Shown piece after piece: positions 27,246-37,122 of a DNA stretch of 64,000 bases. Position 1 is the stretch's first letter. The number at the start of each line of letters is the position of its first letter. The notes beneath the pieces are model-generated. The model was not told the DNA's origin and ran no database searches. It saw only the letters and a program-made list of their open reading frames with translations. The position numbers and the translations under genes are program-made. This stretch comes from an uncultured delta proteobacterium. GTDB lineage: Bacteria > Desulfobacterota > Binatia > Binatales > Binataceae. Location: positions 416,001 to 480,000 of the forward strand of contig CAVRVY010000002.1 in NCBI GenBank assembly GCA_963724765.1. The letters run 5' to 3'.

Positions 27246-29195
27246 TCAGAAAGCCGCTGCCCTGGTTTCGGTTACGTGCTTGAATGGATCGCTGATACCC
27301 AGACACACCACGCTGAACCAGAGTTCGATCGCAAAGACACTCCATAGTTCCAAGACATAATCCATGTAAGAGGGATCGCGCCGGGAAAATGATTCGGCCA
27401 TCGAGCGGTAAAACTCGCGCACAACGACGCCATCGACCCATCCGTTTTTCACGACGTTTAGGCGATCGAACAGGCGCTCCCCTCCAAGCGCATTCACTGC
27501 CATGGGGAATAACTCCGTAAGGTCGGCCTTGTCCGACCGCAGTCGTAGTCGCTCCGGCAGGATTCCCCGCATCGAATTGCGCAGCACGAACTTGCTGACG
27601 CCGGGCCTGAATCGTTGATCAGTAGGTATGGCGTAGGCGAACTCGAGTATCCGACGGTCCAGGAAAGGATTGCGTCCCTCCATTCGAAAGCCCGCAGTCC
27701 AGCGGGCGTCCATCTCCAGCGCATACGGAAGCCATCCGGATGAGTAGCATAGATACAACTTCTGCTGCGTGACGGTGCGGCAGTGGGGCACGGGCGGCCT
27801 CGTGGTCAGCCGCTCCAGAAGTCCCGTCCTGGCCGCGAACTCGGGTGTAATGAACGTGGGAAGCTCAGGCGGACGCAGCCATGGCCTGAGCGCGGTCTTG
27901 AGACCGTTCGGCATGAGCGGAAGGACTCCCCACCGCGCCAGGGCTTTAGCATAGCCGGGGAAGGGCGCGAACCCATTCAATGGCTGTCGATCGCTCCGCA
28001 TCATCCGCACCAGCGCCACGATGCGAAGCTGCCTCAGCAAGTCTGCGTAGGCAGCGTACGTTGCGCCGAACCATTCGTCGCCACCTAACCCGCTCAGCCT
28101 GACTCTAAGGTCGTTGCGATGGCCAAGGAGCGGCGTGTAATCGGCGCACACAGCATTGGGAGAATCCGGGAGGTCCAGGTAATGCGCTACTTGGGCGATG
28201 AGTTGGTCCAGCGGAGGCATTCCGGGAGCAAGATAGGTATGGCGATGAGGATACTTACTCAATACCTCTTCGACGTACTGAGTTTCGGCGGCAGGGCCGG
28301 ACTCGAAGCGAACCGAGAAGGTTTCAAAACTTGGGAGTTGCACTTTGCCGTCGTGGAGAAATTGTTCGGTAACACAGACTATGGACGAAGAATCAAGGCC
28401 GCCGCTCAGCTCCGAGGCAACTCCTTTGTTACTGCGAAGGTGGGATCGCATTACCTTCTTGAACAGCGAAAGAAAATGCTCGGAGTATTCGTCGTCGCTG
28501 CGATAGGTAATCTCCCGCGAGGCATCCAGATCGTGGTAGCGGCGGCATTCAACGCCGCGCGCGCTCACGCTGAGATGGTGCGCCGGCGCGAGGCGGCGGA
28601 TACCTTCGAAGAGCGTCTCCTCGCGGTCAACCGGAAGCCTCACTAGCATGTCGGCTATAGCCCGCTCGTTCGGCTTTCGTACGACCCTTGGATCCTGAAA
28701 CAGTTGATGAAGCTCCGAGGCGCACAGAAAGAATCCCGGACCATCGAAGTAGTAGAAGCCCTTTACTCCCAAAGGATCGCGGGCACAAAAAAGTGTCCGC
28801 TTCGATGGGTCCCACAATGCAAACGCGAAGTCGCCTATGATCCTTGTCGGGGCGTCCGCGGCCCAACACTGCCAGGCCCGCAGGACGATCTCGGCGTCCG
28901 TGCCCGTGCGAACGCGATGGCCCCGAGAATTAAGCTCGGCCAGGAGTTCGTCGCGGTTATCCACCCGCCCGTCCATCGATAGAACGAGTCCGCTGGTTTC
29001 GTCCACGAACGGGCTGGTCTCGGCAGCAGCTTCGGGCGTGGTCTGAAGCTTTGCATGCCCAAGAGCGATATTGCCGTTGCTCCATACGCCAGAGCCGTCA
29101 ATCGAGCAATACGGAATGGCAGCAATCATCCGCTCGACAGTCGAGCGGTCCGCTGGAGCCCCGTCCCACTGATATAGGGCCGCGACGCCACTCAT
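27246..29195 (-). CDS. Lasso cyclase (asparagine synthetase-like)
   Basis: N-terminal MSG lacks the Ntn catalytic Cys; GDFAFALWD, ARD.LG, PP-loop ELSGGLDSS, LSGLGGDE, PFLD, KFVLR; flanked by RRE and precursor. Confidence 0.88.
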   Translation of the reverse strand: MSGVAALYQWDGAPADRSTVERMIAAIPYCSIDGSGVWSNGNIALGHAKLQTTPEAAAETSPFVDETSGLVLSMDGRVDNRDELLAELNSRGHRVRTGTDAEIVLRAWQCWAADAPTRIIGDFAFALWDPSKRTLFCARDPLGVKGFYYFDGPGFFLCASELHQLFQDPRVVRKPNERAIADMLVRLPVDREETLFEGIRRLAPAHHLSVSARGVECRRYHDLDASREITYRSDDEYSEHFLSLFKKVMRSHLRSNKGVASELSGGLDSSSIVCVTEQFLHDGKVQLPSFETFSVRFESGPAAETQYVEEVLSKYPHRHTYLAPGMPPLDQLIAQVAHYLDLPDSPNAVCADYTPLLGHRNDLRVRLSGLGGDEWFGATYAAYADLLRQLRIVALVRMMRSDRQPLNGFAPFPGYAKALARWGVLPLMPNGLKTALRPWLRPPELPTFITPEFAARTGLLERLTTRPPVPHCRTVTQQKLYLCYSSGWLPYALEMDARWTAGFRMEGRNPFLDRRILEFAYAIPTDQRFRPGVSKFVLRNSMRGILPERLRLRSDKADLTELFPMAVNALGGERLFDRLNVVKNGWVDGVVVREFYRSMAESFSRRDPSYMDYVLELWSVFAIELWFSVVCLGISDPFKHVTETRAAAF

Positions 29196-29241
29196 CAGAT
29201 CGAAGTGCCGAGGTGACGGCCCGGGGCCTTCGGTTTTGGTC

Positions 29242-29526
29242 TCACCGCAAGTCGCTTTTGGATTCAGCTATCAGTTGCACGAGTCTCTTTTCGACAAGTT
29301 GATCCAAGAGCTTGTCGAGGTCGTGCCGTAGTTCATCGGGCTCGACGTCGAAGTCCCGCTGGAGCGATTCCAAGGTCTTTTCCATGGAACCGTGTTCGAC
29401 GAGTTCACGCCATATCTGGCCACCCGAGCCGTCAAGGCCGAAGTAGAGACCCGTTTCGAGGTTCAGGATGACCACGTCGCCGCCGACATCCTGCCATACG
29501 ACGCCATCGCTGATTTCGACGCGCAT
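29242..29526 (-). CDS. PqqD-family RiPP recognition element (lasso B1/E)
   Basis: VGGDVVILNL..G.YFGLD..G..IW..L, FDVE...L..DL..LL..L; 94 aa. Confidence 0.9.
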   Translation of the reverse strand: MRVEISDGVVWQDVGGDVVILNLETGLYFGLDGSGGQIWRELVEHGSMEKTLESLQRDFDVEPDELRHDLDKLLDQLVEKRLVQLIAESKSDLR

Positions 29527-30478
29527 CGAGCTTTCCTTTCGAATGGCGCGGACCGTTGCCTCCCGCCCAGACACCAGCAAAGCAATGTAGAACTTCTCTT
29601 TCCCTGCGGTCGCTGAAGCAATTTTCGCCGTGCAGGCTATCATTTCTCCTGCGAATCCGCGATGGGCGGTTCCTCACCGTGAACCCGAAGAGCCGCGAGC
29701 TGGGCTGCGTGCGGCACCTCGCTCACCTGCGCCCGGCCGTCCCTGAATCTTTGATTTTCTCGCCCTTCGGATCGAGCCGTAAGTGTGCCGCGACCAAGCT
29801 GTCCGCGCAAAAATTCACTGGTTATCTTTTTTTGACGATAGTTGGGAAACTGCTCCCAGCTTTGGCGCTAATATTAGCTGATTTCGTGAGCCATATTATT
29901 GAAAAATAGCGAAAATTGAGCCTCAAAACCGATAAAAAGAGCGATAAGGTTCATTTGCGAAGCTTGCTCCATACTTGCCAAATACTATCAATAAGCCATT
30001 AAAGCTCGCATATTCGACATATTCGAGCGTCGTTCAGATGAGGAACAGGCCCGCGCGCGAAGCTCTACCATAGTTGGGTAAATGTAGCTAAGCTCGGCCT
30101 GTGTGAAGAGCGTGATTGCCGAGACAAAGAATGATGCGAATTGCCTCGATACTTCGCGATACCGCTGCCGAAGAGGGCATCGCATGAATGAGTCTATAGA
30201 TGGCGGTATGATCGTTCAAACAGGTGTTTGACAACAGCCTAGTTCGCTACGGCGATCCTCGACGAGCCTGCGTCATAGCCCACCGGGCGCAATAGCTGGA
30301 CGCTGATGGATGCTCTTGTATTTGCCACGATTGGCACGATTGGAATGACGCGGAACCGGGAGGACTCTGGTTGCGTTCCGCGCGGATCCGGTAGGCCGCC
30401 GACCAACAGCCGTGGTGAGTACGGACCATTTCCCGGTGGAGAGCCGCGGCGCGCTCTTCGCCTGTCGAGGACTGTTTT

Positions 30479-31282
30479 ATGGCAGGAGCTATCAACCCGT
30501 TGAATGAGGACCGCAGCCGGTTGGCCTGGCGAGTGCGCCAAGCCGGGGTACCGAGCGAGATTATCGACGAGCTCATCAACGACAACATTGTCGCGCGCTA
30601 TGCGCGGCGTTTCCGCCTCTTCCTGCAGGGAGCGCCGGCCGACGTCCTGATGATCATCATCAACGGTGTGGTCAAAGTGCATTGCGCGCAGCCTGACGGC
30701 CGGAGATTTCTGGTGGAACTGGCCGGCCCCGGCGACATAATTGGCTACGTCGACCGGATGGACATCAAGGGCCGGCATTGCCAGGCCTTCGAAGCGCAGG
30801 CCCTGACCAACTGCGCCGTTGCGCTGATCAGCCGCCAGCGCATCCTCAAGCTCCTCGGCGATTCCGATCACGCCACGCTGATCAGCCTGTTCGAGCGCCT
30901 CAACACGTTTTGGGGCTCGGTCGTGCATCGCTACGCCTCGCTGATGACGCTGTCGTATCGCGAGCGGTTGGAGGCGATGCTCACGGAGGTCGCGGCGCGG
31001 TTCGGCGTCAAGGAAGCGCGCGGCACTCTCTTGACGCTCGAGCTGGGCCACGACGATTGGGCCGAGATGATAGGCAGCTCGCGGCCGATGGTGAGCAGGC
31101 TTATCGCGGAGATGGTGCAAAACCGTTTACTCGCGCGCGAGGGCAAGCACTACATCCTGCTGGCGGACGGCGGCTCTGAGAAGCCGGCCCTTCCGATCTC
31201 GCGGATCGAAGCAGTACCGGTAAACGGTATTCCCTCGCGCAAGAACGGCGCGATCGTGCGGACGGCTCGCATTTCTCCCTGA
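30479..31282 (+). CDS. Crp/Fnr family transcriptional regulator
   Basis: G.VKV..GPGDIIG cNMP-type domain; RERL..L; HTH AEMIGSSRPMVSRL. Confidence 0.85.
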   Translation: MAGAINPLNEDRSRLAWRVRQAGVPSEIIDELINDNIVARYARRFRLFLQGAPADVLMIIINGVVKVHCAQPDGRRFLVELAGPGDIIGYVDRMDIKGRHCQAFEAQALTNCAVALISRQRILKLLGDSDHATLISLFERLNTFWGSVVHRYASLMTLSYRERLEAMLTEVAARFGVKEARGTLLTLELGHDDWAEMIGSSRPMVSRLIAEMVQNRLLAREGKHYILLADGGSEKPALPISRIEAVPVNGIPSRKNGAIVRTARISP

Positions 31283-31312
31283 GACCGTATGGCGTCCGCT
31301 TCCCGGCGGGTC

Positions 31313-31343
31313 AAATGGCGGCTCCTGAGGGGCCGCCATTTTT
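31313..31343. terminator. Intrinsic terminator between convergent genes
   Basis: AAATGGCGGCTCC-TGA-GGGGCCGCCATTTTT hairpin with T-tract. Confidence 0.7.
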
Positions 31344-31389
31344 GTATTACATGACAGTCTTTCGCTCGCCGAACAGGCCGACGGCTACC

Positions 31390-32373
31390 TTAGATCGAGC
31401 GGCCGGCGGCGATCGCATCGCGCTTACGCTGGATGATTTCGGCCACCTTGAGATGCGCCATGTCGATCATCTTGCCGTCGAGGCTGGCGGCGCCGCGTCC
31501 TTGGGCGGTCGCTTCATTCATCGCCTCGAGCAGGCGCTCCGCCCAGGCGATCTGCTCGGTGGAGGGCGAGAAAATTTCGTTGGCGAGCGCCACCTGGTTC
31601 GGATGAATCGCCCATTTGCCCTCGAGCCCCAGCGTGGCCGCGCGCCCGGCGCACGCGCGGTAGCCCTCGGCGTCGGCGAAGTCGACGAACGGCCCATCGA
31701 TCGCCCGCAGTCCGTATGCGCGGCAGGCGTTGGTCATCCGCGCGAGCGCGAAATGCCATTGATCGTTCCAATGGCGCGCGCGCATGCCGTCAGCGTCGGC
31801 GGCGGTCAGGATTGAGTAGCGCGCATTGGGCGTCCCGAAAACCACCTCGCCGGTCTGCATACTGATCGAATAGTCGCCGATGCCGAAGATCATCGCCTCG
31901 AGCCGATCGCAGCTTGCCGCGATCTGCTCCACGTTCGACATCCCGAGCGCGGTCTCGATCAGGATTTCAAGCCCGAAAGGATTCGCGCGGCCGGCGTCGC
32001 GTTCGATCTGGCCGAGCAGCGCGTCCACGAACTGCACGTCGAAAGCTGTGCCGACCTTGGGCAGCATGAACATGTCCAGACGCGGACAGCGCTGTCCGAT
32101 CTCGCAGATGTCGCGGAAGGCCCACGGCGTATCGAGGCCGTTGACGCGCACGGCGACCGTCTTGCGGCGCCAGTCGATCTCGTTGAGTGCGGCGATCGCG
32201 CGGTTGCGCGCGTTGACTTTCTGCTCGGGCGCGACCGCATCCTCAAGGTCAAGAAAGATCACGTCGGCCTCGCTCGCGGCCGCCTTGGCGAAGAAATGCG
32301 GCGAGGTGGCCGGCACCGCGAGTTCGGAACGTTGCAGCCGAAAGCGCCTTGGTTTATGGGTGCTCAAAGACAT
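31390..32373 (-). CDS. CitE/malyl-CoA lyase family CoA-ester lyase
   Basis: RLQRSELAVP, FLDLEDAV, VRVN, IET, IDGPF, GKWAIHP.Q, MID.A. Confidence 0.88.
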   Translation of the reverse strand: MSLSTHKPRRFRLQRSELAVPATSPHFFAKAAASEADVIFLDLEDAVAPEQKVNARNRAIAALNEIDWRRKTVAVRVNGLDTPWAFRDICEIGQRCPRLDMFMLPKVGTAFDVQFVDALLGQIERDAGRANPFGLEILIETALGMSNVEQIAASCDRLEAMIFGIGDYSISMQTGEVVFGTPNARYSILTAADADGMRARHWNDQWHFALARMTNACRAYGLRAIDGPFVDFADAEGYRACAGRAATLGLEGKWAIHPNQVALANEIFSPSTEQIAWAERLLEAMNEATAQGRGAASLDGKMIDMAHLKVAEIIQRKRDAIAAGRSI

Positions 32374-32515
32374 CGTCCGGGTTTAGCGCCAATCGTCCGG
32401 GAGGTAAAGAGTGCGCTGCCGTGCCGCCCGCGCCCGCTGCGCGACGGCTGTAGCCTTGAAAACTCGCGCGCATTAAAATCGCGTACGGAAATGCATCCCG
32501 GCGAAGCCATCCGGG

Positions 32516-33502
32516 ATGATCCTATCGGCGAGGGTGAGCAGTGTAATGGATCAGGCGGGAGTGATGTCGCCTCAGGGCCGGGTTCGCCCGGGACAGATTC
32601 GGATTTGGCTACAGGCGAGCCGCGCATTTACGCTCGGAATGCCGTTCATGAGCGTGACGGTGGGCTCCTTTCTAGCGTTTCATGCGGGCGCCAGCCTCTC
32701 GCTGCCGAAGTACCTGGCGGCTGCCGCGGCCGCGATGCTCTTGCAGGCCGCCGCCAATCTCATCAATGACTACTACGACTTCGTCAAGGGCACCGACGTC
32801 AACAACTGGGAAGCGCCCGACGCCTTCGGTCCCGGCCTGGTGATCCAGCAAGGCCTGCTCACGGCGGAGCAGATTCATGTCGCCGGACTCGCGACCTTTG
32901 CGGCGGGCTCGGCGCTCGGCCTGACGCTGGTCTATGCCTGCGGATGGCCGGTGCTGATGCTCGGACTGATCGGCGCGTTCGGTTCGTATTTCTACACCGC
33001 TGAGCCGCTCAGCCTGGCGTACCATGGGCTCGGTGATTTCATGGTTTTCGCCTTGATGGGGCCTGGTTACGTGCTTGGTGGCTACTATGTGCAGGCGGTC
33101 GGCTTTTCGTGGACGTCAGGATTGGTTGGGGTTGCTATGGGCCTGCTTTGCTCGAGCCTGTTGCAGGTCAACAACCTGCGCGACATCGATAACGATCGCA
33201 AGCACGGCAAATGGACGATGGCTGCGATAATCGGCCGCAAGGCCGCGCTGGTCGAACTCGTCGCGTGCGACACGCTGGCCTACGTAATCGTGCTGGTGAG
33301 CGTGCTCTTCAGGCTACTTCCCCTTCCGTCACTCCTGGTGCTGGCGACGCTCCCGCGCGCGATCGATCAGGTGCGACTGGTTTCCGGCGAAGCCGACGCC
33401 GAGGCGCATAATCGCGCGATGGCTCGCTCGGGGCAATTGCAATTCGAATTCGGCCTCGTGCTGGTGGCCGCTTTTGTGCTCAGCCGATTCATGGGTTGGT
33501 AG
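32516..33502 (+). CDS. menA: 1,4-dihydroxy-2-naphthoate prenyltransferase (UbiA family)
   Basis: NDYYDF.KG.D, YT..P..LAY.GLGD, NNLRDIDND..GK.T. Confidence 0.8.
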   Translation: MILSARVSSVMDQAGVMSPQGRVRPGQIRIWLQASRAFTLGMPFMSVTVGSFLAFHAGASLSLPKYLAAAAAAMLLQAAANLINDYYDFVKGTDVNNWEAPDAFGPGLVIQQGLLTAEQIHVAGLATFAAGSALGLTLVYACGWPVLMLGLIGAFGSYFYTAEPLSLAYHGLGDFMVFALMGPGYVLGGYYVQAVGFSWTSGLVGVAMGLLCSSLLQVNNLRDIDNDRKHGKWTMAAIIGRKAALVELVACDTLAYVIVLVSVLFRLLPLPSLLVLATLPRAIDQVRLVSGEADAEAHNRAMARSGQLQFEFGLVLVAAFVLSRFMGW

Positions 33503-33738
33503 CGCCTTTCCTTTAAGGCGACTTTCCTTTCACAAAGTGCGGAGAGAATGCTCAATCTTTGCACTGCGACCATCGATTCGTTCGCTTCGAAGCCCGAATG
33601 CGGTGAAGCCAACGATTTTGTCGCTGTGCGAACTTTATAACGTCGAGCTTCTTCAGTTCATCGGCGCCTTGATGGTAATGGTGCCCATTTCATGATCTTC
33701 TCTGAGGCGAGTTGTTCGGATTGTCGCGGCCTCTGGCT

Positions 33739-34743
33739 TCACATTTTCAGGACCGACCTGAAGCGTACCTTGCCGGAAATCATCCGGTCGTAAGCGTCCG
33801 CCGCCCGCTCCAGTGGAAAAACCTCAATCATCGGCCGCACGCCGTTGGCCGCGGCGAACTTGAGCGCGTCCTCGGAATCGATGGAAGTTCCGGATGGCCA
33901 GCCCACGATAGACTTGCGCGTCAAAATCAATTGAAGCGACGACACCGCGAATGGATCTGGGCTTGCGCCAACTATCACCAATCTGCCGCCAATTCCGAGT
34001 CCATCGATCAGGCTGCCCATCGCTTTGCCCTCCGCTGCGGTCGCGAGAATCACGCGCGCGCCTCCCAGGCCGAGCAATTCCCTGGCAACGTCCTGCGATT
34101 TGCTGTCGATGTACGTTCGCGCACCCAGCTTCAAGGCGAGACTTTTCTTATCGTCTCCTCGACCTATTGCGACGGTCTCGAATCCGAAATTGCTCGCGAA
34201 CTGGATGCCCAGGTGTCCGAGCCCGCCTATACCCTGTATCGCAACGAGATCGCCGGGGCGGGCGCCACTGTTGCGCAGCGCGTTGAAGGTAGTGATGCCC
34301 GCACACATTAGAGGTGCGGCTTCTTCCGGAGCCAGTTCGCCGGGAACGCGGGCCAGCGCTTCGACGGGGGCGAACACGAACTCGGAGTAGCCACCATCAT
34401 AGCTAATACCCGGAATTTGCAAGTTTGCACAGGTGATAAAATCGCCACGACGGCATGATTCGCATTTCCCGCAGTGACCGCCATGCCATCCAATTCCTAC
34501 TCGATCGCCGGCTTTCCAGGGCTCGGCGTCTTCTCCGACGGCGTCGATCACGCCCACGATCTCGTGGCCGGGCGAGCGCGGATAGACTATTCCCGGCCAG
34601 TGGCCCTCCTTGGTCAGCGAATCGCTATGACAAATGCCGCATGCCTGAACCTTCACTCTGGCGTATCCGGCGGCTGGCTCGCGCATGCGCTCCTCGATCA
34701 GCTCGAAGCCGCCGCCGGCGCTATTCACTTGTATCTTATTCAC
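33739..34743 (-). CDS. Zn-dependent alcohol dehydrogenase (AdhP-like)
   Basis: CHSD, GHE, CGKCESCRRG...C, CAG, GIGGLG. Confidence 0.9.
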   Translation of the reverse strand: MNKIQVNSAGGGFELIEERMREPAAGYARVKVQACGICHSDSLTKEGHWPGIVYPRSPGHEIVGVIDAVGEDAEPWKAGDRVGIGWHGGHCGKCESCRRGDFITCANLQIPGISYDGGYSEFVFAPVEALARVPGELAPEEAAPLMCAGITTFNALRNSGARPGDLVAIQGIGGLGHLGIQFASNFGFETVAIGRGDDKKSLALKLGARTYIDSKSQDVARELLGLGGARVILATAAEGKAMGSLIDGLGIGGRLVIVGASPDPFAVSSLQLILTRKSIVGWPSGTSIDSEDALKFAAANGVRPMIEVFPLERAADAYDRMISGKVRFRSVLKM

Positions 34744-34783
34744 GAACGTTACCTCACGTAAGCGGACAACTACGCGCCTTTTT

Positions 34784-35215
34784 TCACTCAGTAGCTTGCG
34801 AAGCCCACGGCCCGATCCCGGTGAAACGCCGCGGAGTGACTCGGGTGACGTATCCCGGAATGTTGCGCATGGCGGCTGGTGGGTAGACAGCGTTCGGCCC
34901 CAGATAGAGCGGCGCGAGGCGCCCCAGGAGGTCCACTGCGCCGCCTTCGGTCACGCGCGCGTTGCCGTAAACCACCACGTATTCGCGCAGCCCATTCGCG
35001 TTCGTCTTGTCGCCCAGCATGGACAGCGCAACTCTCGCGTCGCGTCGAATATTTTTGACTTTTTTATGTACCGCCAGGTGGCCGATCGCGAACTCTTCAT
35101 TTTCGATTCCGACCCACACTACAGTGACCTGCGGACTGCCATCCGGATTGAGCGTCGTCAAATGAGCGAGCGGCGCTTTTGCGATCAATTCGCGTATGGA
35201 TGGTGGAATCTCCAT
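34784..35215 (-). CDS. PPOX-class (probable F420-dependent) oxidoreductase
   Basis: AHLTTLNPDGSPQVTVVW, KVKNIRRD.RVALS. Confidence 0.82.
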   Translation of the reverse strand: MEIPPSIRELIAKAPLAHLTTLNPDGSPQVTVVWVGIENEEFAIGHLAVHKKVKNIRRDARVALSMLGDKTNANGLREYVVVYGNARVTEGGAVDLLGRLAPLYLGPNAVYPPAAMRNIPGYVTRVTPRRFTGIGPWASQATE

Positions 35216-35487
35216 GGGTGCCTCTCCTATCCGAACATCTCGATGGATTTGTGTCTGCAAAAAGCCTATCGGCGCGTCGCGCGCAGAATCGCCCCCGGGG
35301 CTCCGGGCGTAGATCGACCGGAATCCGCAGAACCGTTCATAGCGTATTGTCCAAACGGCTATATTCCTACTGGCACGATGACCTTGCCGAATTCCGCCCG
35401 TCGAGAATCCCTCCTGGCGGTTACCGTTCGACGATCCTTCATCCGTTCCGGTGTGACATTTAACATTTTTTGTAATCTCCTGAAGTT

Positions 35488-37122
35488 TTAATGTGCCGCG
35501 CTGCCTGCTTTGCCTATCTCGAACCGCCGGATGAAAAACGCCAGCGGCAGGCCCATCAGTACGATCAGGCTCAACAGGTAAAAACAATCCATGAACGCGA
35601 GCATCGTCGCCTGCTGCGTCATCATGCTTCCAATCAGTCCGTACGCCTGATGGATCGCATCCGGAGTGCTCGCGCCGCGCGTCAGCAGGTAATGGCTCGA
35701 GGTCCGCACAAACTGCCGGACGCTTCCATCAGCGGAAGTGAGATTGCTTACCAGCACGCTCTGATGATACTGCGTCCGCCGCTCCAGCATCGTCGTGACG
35801 AACGCGATGCCGAAGCTGCCGCCCCAATTGCGGCAGAGGTTCGTCAGGCTCGACCCTTTGTTGTTCTTGTTCCTGGGCAAATACGAGTATGCGAGCTGGC
35901 TCACCGGAACGAACATGAACGCATAGCCGAAACCCTGAAAGCATCGCGCGAGCGTGAAATGGAAATAGTCTGTCCCGGTCGTCATCCCGCTGTAGTAAAA
36001 GAATGAGAGCGCGGCAATCGTAAAGCTTGCGCCAAGCAGACGTTTCGCGCCGATTCGTGGTACGATTCGGACCACGAACGGAGCCAGCAAAGTGATTACC
36101 GCCGCCCCGGGCCCCAAAACCAGGCCCGCATCCGTGGCCGTGTATCCGAAGAGCGTTTGCAGCATCTCGGGGATCAGCACGGTGCTGCCAAAGAGCCCGA
36201 ACGCGAAAAGGAAATAGTACATATTGGCGATCGCGAAGTTGCGCTCCCGCAGCAGGGTCAACTCGACCACGGGATCGTCATGGCGCCACTCCCACCAAAT
36301 CGCGGCCGCGATGGCCACGACGGCGATCGCAAGAAATCCCACGATGAAATGGCTTTCCAGCCAGTCGTCGCGCTCGCCACGGTCCAGCACAACCTCGAGG
36401 CAGGCGAATCCGATCGCGATCAGGCTGATTCCGGCGTAGTCGATTCGGAACTTGCCTCCGCGCTTCGCGGCCGTTCGCTCCTCGGTGAATTCGACGGGAT
36501 CATGAACCAGGCGGCTCGAAAGCAGGAGCGACAGCAGTCCGATCGGGACATTGATGAAGAAAACCCAGCGCCATGAAAAGCTATCCGTGATCCATCCTCC
36601 CAGCGGAGGCCCGATAGCCGGCGCCGTGACAATCGCCATGCTGTAGAGCGCGAACGCTCCGCCGAGTTTCTCTTTGGGAAAGGTGTCGACCAGGATAGCT
36701 TGTTCGACGGGCGCCAGACCGCCGCCGCCAATTCCCTGGAGCACGCGGAAAAAAATCAGCATCCCCAGGCCAGGCGCGAGGCCGCAAAGAAGTGAGGTTA
36801 CAGTGAACAGCGCGACGCACATCATGTAGTAGCGTTTGCGCCCGAACACGCGGCTTAGCCACGCGCTCATCGGCAGGATGATCGCGTTCGCGACCAGATA
36901 GCTGGTCAGTACCCACGTGCTCTCGTCGTAGCTGGTGCCGAGACCGCCGGCGATGTGCGGCAGAGAGACGTTCGAGATGCTCGTGTCGAGCAATTCCATG
37001 AACGTCGCCATCGTCACCGTAAGCGCGATCGCCCACGGATTGTGCGACGGCTCTGCGGCAGGCGCGGGCGCCGGCGCGGCCGCAGCGCGCGCCGGCGCCC
37101 GCGTTGCGCTTAGCGCAGCCAT
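35488..37122 (-). CDS. DHA2 (EmrB/QacA) MFS efflux permease
   Basis: FMELLDTSI.NV.LPHIAG, W..TSYL, AP..GP.LGGWITD, WRWVFFINVP. Confidence 0.92.
   Translation of the reverse strand: MAALSATRAPARAAAAPAPAPAAEPSHNPWAIALTVTMATFMELLDTSISNVSLPHIAGGLGTSYDESTWVLTSYLVANAIILPMSAWLSRVFGRKRYYMMCVALFTVTSLLCGLAPGLGMLIFFRVLQGIGGGGLAPVEQAILVDTFPKEKLGGAFALYSMAIVTAPAIGPPLGGWITDSFSWRWVFFINVPIGLLSLLLSSRLVHDPVEFTEERTAAKRGGKFRIDYAGISLIAIGFACLEVVLDRGERDDWLESHFIVGFLAIAVVAIAAAIWWEWRHDDPVVELTLLRERNFAIANMYYFLFAFGLFGSTVLIPEMLQTLFGYTATDAGLVLGPGAAVITLLAPFVVRIVPRIGAKRLLGASFTIAALSFFYYSGMTTGTDYFHFTLARCFQGFGYAFMFVPVSQLAYSYLPRNKNNKGSSLTNLCRNWGGSFGIAFVTTMLERRTQYHQSVLVSNLTSADGSVRQFVRTSSHYLLTRGASTPDAIHQAYGLIGSMMTQQATMLAFMDCFYLLSLIVLMGLPLAFFIRRFEIGKAGSAAH

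Noticed and set aside
27246-29526. Housekeeping asparagine synthetase or PQQ biosynthesis
   Set aside because: No N-terminal catalytic Cys and no pqqBCE; a lasso precursor with the canonical leader is adjacent.
29960-29981. Minus-strand TGGCAAGTATGGAGC as a sigma54 promoter for the lasso operon
   Set aside because: The -12 element lacks the TTGC consensus and lies ~440 bp from the RRE start; too weak.
35371-35387. TGGCACGATGACCTTGC as a sigma54 promoter
   Set aside because: GG-to-GC spacing is 12 rather than 10 and it faces away from the local minus-strand genes.
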